Part shown: piece by piece, positions 35,406 through 43,663 of the stretch
How the letters are laid out: every line of letters begins with the position of its first letter
Position numbering within the stretch: position 1 is the first letter of the stretch
NCBI GenBank assembly: GCA_012729555.1
Contig: JAAYCX010000059.1
Location: 15,588 to 79,587, forward strand
Source: Acidobacteriota bacterium
GTDB lineage: Bacteria > Acidobacteriota > UBA6911
Length of the DNA: 64,000 nt
Direction: 5' to 3'
Made by a program: the position numbers and the translations under genes
The notes under the pieces: generated by a model
Databases searched by the model: none
What the model was told of the DNA's origin: nothing
Seen by the model: only the letters and a program-made list of their open reading frames with translations

Positions 35406-35498
35406 GGTCCCCCGTCGCCGTATGGCGGCATTTTAGCCGAAGGACGGTTTATTGGATATCGGTTTCCGGCGCCTCCGGGGGTGACAAGGCGGGACCCC

Positions 35499-36713
35499 AT
35501 GACCCATAATGCCCGGGCACTCATGTTTCCGACGGGGGTTCGCGTGGCCGTGGTCATCGAAAAAGCGGAGGTGCGGGGGTCCGCGGCGGGCCGGACCCGC
35601 CTGGTCGCCACCCTGTCCGGCGACAGGCCCGGCGAGCTGTTCTTCGAGGTCGAGGAGCGTCTCGCCCGGCATTTCCGCCCCGGGCGGGCCGACTGCTTCG
35701 TGGCGGCCCTGCTCCCCGAATCGGCCATGCACGGGATCGATATCGTCTCCAGGGTGCCCGTGGGCGAGCGGCTCCTCTTCCAGCTGAATACTTTCCTGTG
35801 CCCGGTCCTCGCGACCGTCTATGGGGCACGCACGATCAAAATCACCGCTCCCCTGGCCGCGGAGAATACCGCCGCGGCCGGCGCGGTGGGGACCGGGATC
35901 ACCTGCGGAGTCGACAGCCTCTACACCGTCGCCCGGTATTCGCACACTTCGTTCCCCCGCCACGACCTCACCCACCTCTGCCTTTTCAATGTCGGGAGCC
36001 ACCATATCGGCGCGGACGATCCCGAAGAGCTGGAGGAGTTCCGGACGGACCTGGCCCGGCGTTTCTGCACGGAATACGGCTACGAATTCCTGAGCGTCGA
36101 ATCGAATGTCCATGAGTTCGCGCCCCGTTACGCCCGCTATTATTCGGTGTTGAACGCCGCGGCGGCGCTCTCGCTCCCCGGACTCTTTACCCGGTACTAC
36201 AGCTCGTCAGGATACGCGCTCGCAGGATTCAGCCTGAGCGCGGTCGACCTCGCCCATTTCGAGACCTTCATCCTCGACGCCCTTTCAACCGGGACGCTCG
36301 GGTTCTACAGCACCGGCTCCGAGCGGTCCCGCCTTGAAAAGGTGCGGACGCTGGTCGATTACGCTCCGAGTCACCGATACCTGAACGTGTGCAACACCCG
36401 CCGGCGCAATTGCGGCGTGTGCGTCAAGTGCCTGCGCACCCTCTACGCCCTGGACATCCTGGGGGCGCTCGACCGATACGGCGAGGTGTTCGACCTCGAT
36501 CGGTACCGGCGGCGTCACTCCCGCCACCTGGCCGAGTGCTGGGTGCGCAAGGTCCTGGCCCGGGACTCCTATTGCCGCGAAATGTGGCCCGGACTGCGGA
36601 AGAAGTACGGCTTTCCCTGGACCAGGGTGCTCCAGGAGATTTTTCGCTTCATCCGTTCCCGCCTCGGGATCTATTCCTGGTCCGTCATCCGCCACCGCCT
36701 GCGGGGTCGTTAG
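35499..36713 (+). CDS. hypothetical protein, possibly a degenerate PP-loop (QueC-like) ATP-pyrophosphatase fold
   Basis: ORF 34788..36713. The start is ATG 35499; upstream is antisense to the ABC ATPase. GTGITCGVDSLYT resembles the SGGxDS PP-loop. NCGVCVKCLRT resembles the CGxCxxCxxR zinc motif of QueC. This is a weak, by-eye assignment. Confidence 0.5.
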   Translation: MTHNARALMFPTGVRVAVVIEKAEVRGSAAGRTRLVATLSGDRPGELFFEVEERLARHFRPGRADCFVAALLPESAMHGIDIVSRVPVGERLLFQLNTFLCPVLATVYGARTIKITAPLAAENTAAAGAVGTGITCGVDSLYTVARYSHTSFPRHDLTHLCLFNVGSHHIGADDPEELEEFRTDLARRFCTEYGYEFLSVESNVHEFAPRYARYYSVLNAAAALSLPGLFTRYYSSSGYALAGFSLSAVDLAHFETFILDALSTGTLGFYSTGSERSRLEKVRTLVDYAPSHRYLNVCNTRRRNCGVCVKCLRTLYALDILGALDRYGEVFDLDRYRRRHSRHLAECWVRKVLARDSYCREMWPGLRKKYGFPWTRVLQEIFRFIRSRLGIYSWSVIRHRLRGR

Positions 36714-36760
36714 ACAACCGGGGGCTCGATGAACTCCACCGCTTTCCGGCTCCGGCCCCG

Positions 36761-36769
36761 TGGTATACT
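36761..36769 (+). promoter_or_regulatory. candidate extended -10 promoter element for the AOR operon
   Basis: TGgTATACT lies about 50 nt upstream of ATG 36820. There is only a weak -35 (TTTCCG). Confidence 0.3.
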
Positions 36770-36819
36770 CGGCCCACCGGCGCACCATCCGGAAAGGCAC
36801 CGAAAGAACAGGGGGAGCG

Positions 36820-38898
36820 ATGAAAGGCGGCTACACGGGTAAGATCCTCAGGGTGAACCTGACCGCAAGGTCCATCGGCACCCTCCCCACGGAGAAGTAC
36901 GAGGAATACGGCGGCGGCCACGGGATGGGGTCCGCCATCTTCTTCGACCTCGTCGGCGCGGAACTCCCCTTCCCGGCCTTCGACCCCCGCAACCTCGTCA
37001 TCATGATGGCGCACCCGTTCGCCGGCACCTCGGTGCCCGCCTCGGGCCGGTGCGAGGTGCAGGGGCTCGGCCCCATGCTCCACCCGGTCGAATGGTTCGC
37101 GCACAGCAATTTCGGGGGCCGCTTCACCTCCCAGCTCAAATTCGCCGGTTGGGACGGCATCGTGATCGAAGGGGCGGCCGACGCCCCCGTCTGGATCAAC
37201 ATCGTCGACGACCGGGTCGTGATCGAGAGCGCCGCCGGCATCTGGGGGATGGACACCTGGGACGCGCAGCAGGAGATCTCCCGGCGCGTCGTGCCCGGTC
37301 TCAGGCGGGGTGAGTGGGCGGCGCTCGACCACGGACAGACCACCCAGGTCCCGGCCGTGGTCTGTTGCGGCCCGGCGGGGGAGAACGGGAGCCGCATCGG
37401 GGCGCTCCTGCACGGTCCCGGTTCCCAGGCCGCGCTCGGCGGCTTCGGGGGGGTCTTCGGCTCCAAGCGCCTCAAGGCCGTCAGCGTCATCGGCACCGGC
37501 GGCGCGCCCGTCGCCGACCCCCGCGCCTTCATGGACGCCCGGCTCTGGTTCCGCCGCTTCCAGTACGACGTGGACGACCCGCGGCGCAAGGAGATGACGG
37601 GGGGGATGTTCTTCTGGGTGAACGGCTCCCCCGCGGGGGCCAACGTGACCAACAACCCCTACTTCGATCCCAAGGTCCTCCCCCTGGTCCCCAGCCGCGC
37701 CGCCGCCTGCGCCTCCTGCCCCAGGGGGTGCCGCCAGCGCCTGGCGAGCGCCGACAGCAACGAGTCGGTGTGCGCCGGCGCCGCGGCCGTCCGGCTCGAG
37801 GGGGCCAGCCCCAAGCTCACCCGCCAGGGGAACGACCTGATGCAGAAACTGGGCCTCGGCCACTGGCAGTTCATGTGGATGCAGTCGTACGTCCACGATC
37901 TCTACCAGCGGGGCCTGCTGGGCAAAGGAAAAAAAATCGAGTCCGACCTGCCGATGGACCGGTACGGCACCATGGGGTTTCTGGACCTGTTCATGCGCCA
38001 GATCTCGGACCGCGAGGGGATCGGCGCCGACCTGGCCGAGGGGCTGGCGCGGGCGGCGATCCGGTGGGGCACCTACGACCAGGACATGAAGAGCGGCGCC
38101 CTGAACCTCGCCTACTGGGGGACGGTGGACCACTACGACCCCAGGGTCGAGGCCGAATGGGGCTTCGGCTCCCTCATGGGGGAGCGCGACCTGATGCTGC
38201 ACAACATCGCCAACTACCCCCTTCACTGGACCCCGGTCGCCTTCCAGATGGCGGGGGAGGAGCCCTACCTCGGGGCGGAGGAGGCGGTCCGGATCACGGC
38301 CGACGCCATGGTCCCCTACCAGGGGGACCCCTTCATGCTCGACTACGGCGACGGGCCTACCGGCATATACTCCGAGCACAAGGTCAAGCAGGTCGCCTGG
38401 GTCAAGCACTACGAGAAATTCTGGATCGGCTCCAACGGCTTCTGCGGCTGGATGTGGCCCATGTGTTTCACCAACAACTCCCCCGACGGCAGGGGCCCGA
38501 CGCCGGAGGCCGAACCGCGCTTCTTCAACGCCGTCACCGGAAAAAACCTCACCTTCGCCGACGGCATGGAACTGGGGCGCAGGATCTTCACCCTGGACCG
38601 CGCGATCTGGACGCTGCAGGGGCGTCACCGGGACATGGAAGTGTTCCCCGAGTACATCTACGAACAGGGCTCCAAGGGCGCGCTCCTGCCGATGTACGAC
38701 GACGGCGCCAAAAAATGGACCTACGCGACCGGCGAGGGGCGCCGGCTCGACCGAGCCCGGTTCGAACAGTGGAAGACGAAGTTCTACAAGTTCGAGGGCT
38801 TCGGCGTCGAAAGCGGCCGCCCGACGCGCGCGACGCTCGAGGACCTCGGCCTCAAAAAAGTGGCCGACCTCCTGCAGAAGCGGGACAAGCTCGGTTAG
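36820..38898 (+). CDS. aldehyde:ferredoxin oxidoreductase (AOR) family tungsto/molybdopterin enzyme, long form
   Basis: ORF 36760..38898. The start is ATG 36820 with a GGGGGAG ribosome-binding site. The N-terminus is GYTGKILRVNLT...GGGHGMGSAIF. It also has GWDGIVIEGAADAPVWI, CCGPAGENGSRIGAL and a C-x2-C-x3-C motif (CASCPRGC). Confidence 0.8.
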   Translation: MKGGYTGKILRVNLTARSIGTLPTEKYEEYGGGHGMGSAIFFDLVGAELPFPAFDPRNLVIMMAHPFAGTSVPASGRCEVQGLGPMLHPVEWFAHSNFGGRFTSQLKFAGWDGIVIEGAADAPVWINIVDDRVVIESAAGIWGMDTWDAQQEISRRVVPGLRRGEWAALDHGQTTQVPAVVCCGPAGENGSRIGALLHGPGSQAALGGFGGVFGSKRLKAVSVIGTGGAPVADPRAFMDARLWFRRFQYDVDDPRRKEMTGGMFFWVNGSPAGANVTNNPYFDPKVLPLVPSRAAACASCPRGCRQRLASADSNESVCAGAAAVRLEGASPKLTRQGNDLMQKLGLGHWQFMWMQSYVHDLYQRGLLGKGKKIESDLPMDRYGTMGFLDLFMRQISDREGIGADLAEGLARAAIRWGTYDQDMKSGALNLAYWGTVDHYDPRVEAEWGFGSLMGERDLMLHNIANYPLHWTPVAFQMAGEEPYLGAEEAVRITADAMVPYQGDPFMLDYGDGPTGIYSEHKVKQVAWVKHYEKFWIGSNGFCGWMWPMCFTNNSPDGRGPTPEAEPRFFNAVTGKNLTFADGMELGRRIFTLDRAIWTLQGRHRDMEVFPEYIYEQGSKGALLPMYDDGAKKWTYATGEGRRLDRARFEQWKTKFYKFEGFGVESGRPTRATLEDLGLKKVADLLQKRDKLG

Positions 38899-38913
38899 GG
38901 GCAGCGGCCGGCC

Positions 38914-40095
38914 GTGAAGCCGAAACTCCTCTTCTGCAACGTGGACGTCGACACCGACCTGGCCTCCGTCCGGTCGGCCCGGCAGCGGCAGTCGTGCCTC
39001 GACGCCCGCTTCTACTTCCTCCCCTGCGGCGGCCCGGAGGACAGGATCCTGCTCGACGCCGCCGCGCCCGAACCCTACCGGTCCTACCTGTCCGGGCTCG
39101 GCCTCGGCCTGCCCGGGGCGTGCTCCGAAGGAGAGGGCCTCCCGGGCTACGCCGCTTTCCCCTGGGGGTGGAGCCGGTCGGCCATCGACCGTTTCAGGCG
39201 GCACGGCGCCGATCTCCGCCACCCGCCGCTCGAGGCCGTCCGGGCCGTCAACAACCGCCGCTTCTGCCACGAGGCGGCCAGGGGCCACGGGCTGGGGATC
39301 GAGGGGTCGGTCCTGTGCGCCTCGGCCGCCCAGGCCCGGGCCCATATCCGCGCCTCCCGCACCTTCCCCCTGGTCCTCAAACCGGAGCACGGCAACGCCG
39401 GGATCGGCCTAGTCATCGTCGGCTCGCCCGGCGAGGCCGACGCCGTCGACCGGATCTATTCCCGCCCGGGCTCGTCGGCCGTCATCGAACCCTGGGTCGA
39501 CCGCTCGGCCGACCTCTCCTCCAGGATGGAACTGGACCGATCGGGCCGGGTCGTCGCCCTCACCCACCACCGCGCCCTGGTCAACCGGGCGGGGGTCTAT
39601 TTCGGGAACCTGCTCCTTCCCGAAGATCCGGTCCTGGCCCGGTGCCGGCACAGGATGGAGGAAGGGGCGACCATCGTCGCGCGCGGCCTTCACGCGGCCG
39701 GGTATTTCGGCCCCGCGGGGCTCGACTGGGTCGTCCACACGATCGATGGCACGGAACGCTGCGCCCTGGTTGATGTCAACGCCCGGCAGCCGATGAGCCT
39801 CCTGGCCTACAGCCTGCGCGACCGGCTGGCGCCGGGCAGGGCGTGCCTGCTGCTCTTCGCGCCGCGCCGCCGCCACCCCGCCCTGACCGATTACGCCTCG
39901 TGGCACCGGCGCCTGGAAAAATACGCCTTCGACCCGGGGCGCGGGACCGGTATCCTGCTCTTTACGCCCCTCTCCTATACCGCGGGAGGGACCCGGTACC
40001 GCCCCCTGCGGCACGGGTTCTTCATCGCCGCGGATACGGGGGAGGAACTCGGGGATTACGGCCGGCACCTCAGGAACGCATTCAAAACGGACTGA
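38914..40095 (+). CDS. ATP-grasp-like ligase (possibly pre-ATP-grasp / PGM1-like peptide-ligase type)
   Basis: GTG start 15 nt after the AOR stop. FPLVLKPEHGNAGIGLVIV is an ATP-grasp Lys strand, and GPAGLDWVV...ALVDVNARQ is also present. The subfamily call is tentative. Confidence 0.5.
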   Translation: MKPKLLFCNVDVDTDLASVRSARQRQSCLDARFYFLPCGGPEDRILLDAAAPEPYRSYLSGLGLGLPGACSEGEGLPGYAAFPWGWSRSAIDRFRRHGADLRHPPLEAVRAVNNRRFCHEAARGHGLGIEGSVLCASAAQARAHIRASRTFPLVLKPEHGNAGIGLVIVGSPGEADAVDRIYSRPGSSAVIEPWVDRSADLSSRMELDRSGRVVALTHHRALVNRAGVYFGNLLLPEDPVLARCRHRMEEGATIVARGLHAAGYFGPAGLDWVVHTIDGTERCALVDVNARQPMSLLAYSLRDRLAPGRACLLLFAPRRRHPALTDYASWHRRLEKYAFDPGRGTGILLFTPLSYTAGGTRYRPLRHGFFIAADTGEELGDYGRHLRNAFKTD

Positions 40096-40100
40096 ACGTC

Positions 40101-41036
40101 ATGGCTTCACCGTCCAGGAACTGCCTCGTCATCTGCGGCCCCACCGCATCCGGGAAGACGGCCCTGGGCGTCGCCCTGGCCCTGGAATTCGGGGGCGAAA
40201 TCCTCTCGGCCGACTCCCGGCAGGTCTACCGGGGGATGGACATCGGGACCGGAAAAGACCTCGACGAATACGACACCCCCCGCGGAGCCGTTCCCTATCA
40301 CCTGATCGACATCCGCGCGCCGGGGGAGATCTACACCCTCCACCATTACCAGCGCGACTTTTATGCCGCCTTCCGCGACATCCGCGCGAGGGCCCGCCTC
40401 CCGGTCGTGGTCGGCGGCACCGGGCTCTATATCGAAGCGGTGCTCCGGCGATACCGCATCCCCAACGTCCCGGAAGACCCGGAATTGCGGGAAGGGCTGA
40501 TGCGCGCCGGCGCCGACGACCTGCTCCTGCGACTCCGGGAACTCGATCCCGCCCTGTACCGCAGCACCGACCGGAGCAGCAAAAAGCGGGTGGTGCGCGC
40601 GCTCGAGGTCGCGCTGTACGCCCGCGGGCACGAGATCGAGTGGGGCGATGAGAACCCGCCCCCGATCGAGCCCCTGGTCCTGGCCGTCCGCTGGCCCCGG
40701 CATGAACTCCGTGCCCGGATCGACCGCCGCCTCGGGGAGCGCCTCGCCGGCGGCATGATCGATGAAGTGGAGCGGATTCTGCGGAGCGGCATCCGGCGCG
40801 ACCGGTTCGACCTCTTCGGCATGGAGTACCGCCACGTCGCCGCCTACCTCGACGGCACCGTTTCCCGCCGGGAGATGGAGCAGAACCTGCGCCGTGCGAT
40901 CCATCAACTGGCCAAGCGCCAGGAAACCTGGTTCCGGGGGATGGAGCGCCGCGGCATTCCCCTCTACTGGATCGATCGGGCCGACGCGGCGCGGGCCGCG
41001 GACATCGTCCGGAAGTCGGGCGCACAATCATCCTGA
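40101..41036 (+). CDS. miaA: tRNA dimethylallyltransferase
   Basis: ORF 39843..41036. The start is ATG 40101. Landmarks are the P-loop VICGPTASGKT, SADSRQVYRGMDIGTGK, YHLIDI, VVVGGTGLY and AKRQETWFR. Confidence 0.9.
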   Translation: MASPSRNCLVICGPTASGKTALGVALALEFGGEILSADSRQVYRGMDIGTGKDLDEYDTPRGAVPYHLIDIRAPGEIYTLHHYQRDFYAAFRDIRARARLPVVVGGTGLYIEAVLRRYRIPNVPEDPELREGLMRAGADDLLLRLRELDPALYRSTDRSSKKRVVRALEVALYARGHEIEWGDENPPPIEPLVLAVRWPRHELRARIDRRLGERLAGGMIDEVERILRSGIRRDRFDLFGMEYRHVAAYLDGTVSRREMEQNLRRAIHQLAKRQETWFRGMERRGIPLYWIDRADAARAADIVRKSGAQSS

Positions 41037-41046
41037 AGGAGGCTTC

Positions 41047-42405
41047 ATGCGCGTCGTCAACCCCACCACCGAAGAAAGCTCAGAAATCCCCGAAACCCCC
41101 GTGGGCGACATCCCCCGGCAGCTCGGGCTCGCCCGGGAAACCGCGGAACCCTGGGGCCTCATGCCGGCGGCCGAACGCGCCGCGGTGCTGCTGCCGCTGG
41201 CGGACGCCCTGGAGGCGAACGAGGAGGGGCTGGCCCGGCTGATGGCCGAAGACATGGGCAAGCCGCTGGCCACCGGGCGCAAGGAGGCCCTGCGCACGGC
41301 CGGGGGGATCCGCTACCTGTGCCGGACGGCTCCGGAGTGGCTGGCGCCCGAGGTCACGGACGCGGGACCCGAAGCGGGTTACACGGAGTTCGCCCCGCTG
41401 GGGGTGGTGGGCGTCATCACCCCCTGGAACGGCCCCCTCTGGCTGTCGACCGTCAGCCTCCTCTCCGCCCTCCTCCCCGGCAACGGGGCGCTCTACAAGC
41501 CCTCCGAACACAGCCTGCGCACCGGGTTGGCGCTCGCCCGCCATATCCGGGAGCTTCCCGGGCTCCCCGCCGGGCTGGTCCAGCTGGTCGTGGGGGGGAA
41601 GGACCACGGCCGCGCCGTAGTGGAGTCCGATGTGTCGATGGTGGCCCTGGTCGGGTCGACGGCCGCGGGAAAGGAGATCATGAAGGCATGCGCCGCCGGG
41701 CTCAAGCGGGTGTCGCTCGAGCTCGGGGGGCTCGATGCGGCGATCGTGCTGCGGGACGCCGATATCCCCGCCGTCGCCAGGAGGATCGTGCGCATCCACT
41801 GCGCCAACAGCGGCCAGATCTGCTGCTCCATCAAGCGGGTCTACGTGGAGCGCCCGGCTTATTCCCGCTTCCTCGAGGAGGCGGCGGCGGAAGCGGGAAG
41901 GGTGCGGGTCGGGGATCCGAAGGGCGACGTGGACATGGGGCCGCTGGCCGGGGCGTTCCAGCTCGAGAAGGTGGAGGCCGCCCTGGCCGACGCCGTCCGC
42001 AGGGGGGCCCGGGTGCTCACCGGGGGGCGGCGCCTCCCGCGCCGCGGTTTCTTCTTCCCCCCCACGGTCCTTGCCGACGTCGGCCCCGAAATGGACCTCA
42101 TGAACCACGAGCCCTTCGGGCCCCTGCTGCCGGTCGCCCCGGTGGACGACTGGGCCGAGGCGGTGCGCCTGGCCAACGCCACCCGGTACGGGCTGACCGC
42201 CTCGATCTGGACGAACGACGTCGCCCTGGCGCGCGCCATCGCCTCCCGGCTCGACGTCGGCGTGGTGGGGTGGAACGCCCACGGCGTCCCCCCGCTGGGC
42301 GCCCCGTGGGGAGGGGCCAGGGAGAGCGGCATCGGGCGCACCCGCTCCCGGGAAGGGCTGCGGGAATTCTCGAACGTCAGGTTCGTGAGGATTCCGGCGG
42401 TCTGA
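41047..42405 (+). CDS. NAD(P)+-dependent aldehyde dehydrogenase family protein
   Basis: ORF 40762..42405. The start is ATG 41047 with a GAAGGAGG ribosome-binding site. Landmarks are GVITPWNGPL, LELGGLDAAIV, the catalytic-Cys block NSGQICCSIKRVYV and EPFGPLLPV. Confidence 0.85.
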   Translation: MRVVNPTTEESSEIPETPVGDIPRQLGLARETAEPWGLMPAAERAAVLLPLADALEANEEGLARLMAEDMGKPLATGRKEALRTAGGIRYLCRTAPEWLAPEVTDAGPEAGYTEFAPLGVVGVITPWNGPLWLSTVSLLSALLPGNGALYKPSEHSLRTGLALARHIRELPGLPAGLVQLVVGGKDHGRAVVESDVSMVALVGSTAAGKEIMKACAAGLKRVSLELGGLDAAIVLRDADIPAVARRIVRIHCANSGQICCSIKRVYVERPAYSRFLEEAAAEAGRVRVGDPKGDVDMGPLAGAFQLEKVEAALADAVRRGARVLTGGRRLPRRGFFFPPTVLADVGPEMDLMNHEPFGPLLPVAPVDDWAEAVRLANATRYGLTASIWTNDVALARAIASRLDVGVVGWNAHGVPPLGAPWGGARESGIGRTRSREGLREFSNVRFVRIPAV

Positions 42406-42426
42406 GGGGAGGAACCGCGCCCCGGG

Positions 42427-43605
42427 TCAGCGCAACCGCATCCTCTCGAAGCGCGGGCGGGAGACGGTCCAGTAGACGGGGATGCTCAGGGCGCACAGCG
42501 TGGAAGCGGTCCGATACATCGCCTCGAAGGACCAGGTGCCCGAGATGTAGCCGCCGGCCAGCATCCCGAGCGACAGCCCCAGGTCGAACCCGACCAGGTA
42601 GGTGGAGTTGGCCGTCCCGCGCTGGCTGTGCTCTCCCATGTTGATGTAGAGCGTCTGCAGCGCCGGGAACATCATCCCGAAGCCGACACCGATCGAGAGC
42701 CCCGACAGGCAGAAGGCGTAGATGTTGTGAAAGGAGGCGAAAACGAGGAAGGCGACCGCGACGATGGCCATCGCCACCGCGTTCACCAGGTGGATGTGCC
42801 CCCTGTCCACCAGGCGCCCGGAGAAGATGCGGGACACCATGATGCCGCCCGCCCAGAAGAGGAAGAAAATCCCCGCGTTCGGGATCTCGATCCTCTTGCC
42901 GTACTGGGCGACGAAGGCGCCGATGGTGCCCCAGGCGAAGCAGAGGAGGAGCTGGTTCAGGAAGATGGGCCAGGCAGGAAGCAGGAAGAAGCGGTCGAGC
43001 GAAATCTTCTCCCTGGCCACCCTGGGCCGCGCCGGGGCCTTGATCAGCAGAACGGCGACGATCCCCAGAACCCCCATCCCCATGGCGTACCCGAGCAGGG
43101 TCTGGAACCCCGCCGTCTGGTAGATGTGGATGGCGATGAAGGGCCCCACCGCCATCGCCACGTTCATGAAGGTGCCGTAATAGCCGATCCCCTCGGCGCG
43201 CCGTTCGGTGGGGACGACGTCGATCGCCAGGGTGCTCGAGGAGACCGTGGAACCGCCCCAGGCGAGGCCGTGAAAAAAGCGGATGATCACGAAGAAGAGG
43301 ACCGTGGTGGCGAAGAAGTACCCGGTGAAGATCGCCACGTAGCAGACGAAGCTGACGAGCAGGATGCTCTTGCGCGAATAGAGGTCGACCAGGAACCCGG
43401 AAAAGGGGCGGATGAAGAAAACGGCCAGGGCGTAGGAGGCCAGCACGATCCCCGTCTGCGTCTGCGGCACCCCCAGCTGCTCGGTGATGTAGAGCGGAAT
43501 GGACGGCATCAGCAGGTTGAACGAGCACGCCATCAGGAAATTGGCGATGCAGACGTTCAGGAAGCCCAGGGTCCATAACGGGGGTCGTTGTTTCGTGGCT
43601 TTCAT
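42427..43605 (-). CDS. MFS transporter
   Basis: ORF 42427..43644, whose first codon is TTG. I prefer ATG 43605. It has 12 hydrophobic helices and GFLVDLYSRK loop motifs. Confidence 0.75.
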   Translation of the reverse strand: MKATKQRPPLWTLGFLNVCIANFLMACSFNLLMPSIPLYITEQLGVPQTQTGIVLASYALAVFFIRPFSGFLVDLYSRKSILLVSFVCYVAIFTGYFFATTVLFFVIIRFFHGLAWGGSTVSSSTLAIDVVPTERRAEGIGYYGTFMNVAMAVGPFIAIHIYQTAGFQTLLGYAMGMGVLGIVAVLLIKAPARPRVAREKISLDRFFLLPAWPIFLNQLLLCFAWGTIGAFVAQYGKRIEIPNAGIFFLFWAGGIMVSRIFSGRLVDRGHIHLVNAVAMAIVAVAFLVFASFHNIYAFCLSGLSIGVGFGMMFPALQTLYINMGEHSQRGTANSTYLVGFDLGLSLGMLAGGYISGTWSFEAMYRTASTLCALSIPVYWTVSRPRFERMRLR

Positions 43606-43663
43606 AAGAAGCGTAAGTATGCGGAATCTTCCCTGAGAATGCAAACGGCCGCCCGGGGCGCCG

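Noticed and set aside
36685-39773. 901-aa minus-strand ORF (36685..39390) and 819-aa plus-strand off-frame ORF (37314..39773) over the AOR and ATP-grasp-like genes
   Set aside because: Both are G/R/P/A-rich. The in-frame AOR reading has clear family motifs and a ribosome-binding site. The 819-aa ORF crosses a real gene boundary in another frame.
40107-41031. Two minus-strand ORFs of ~300 aa antisense to miaA
   Set aside because: miaA is unambiguous (P-loop and family motifs). The antisense ORFs are R/G/P-rich.
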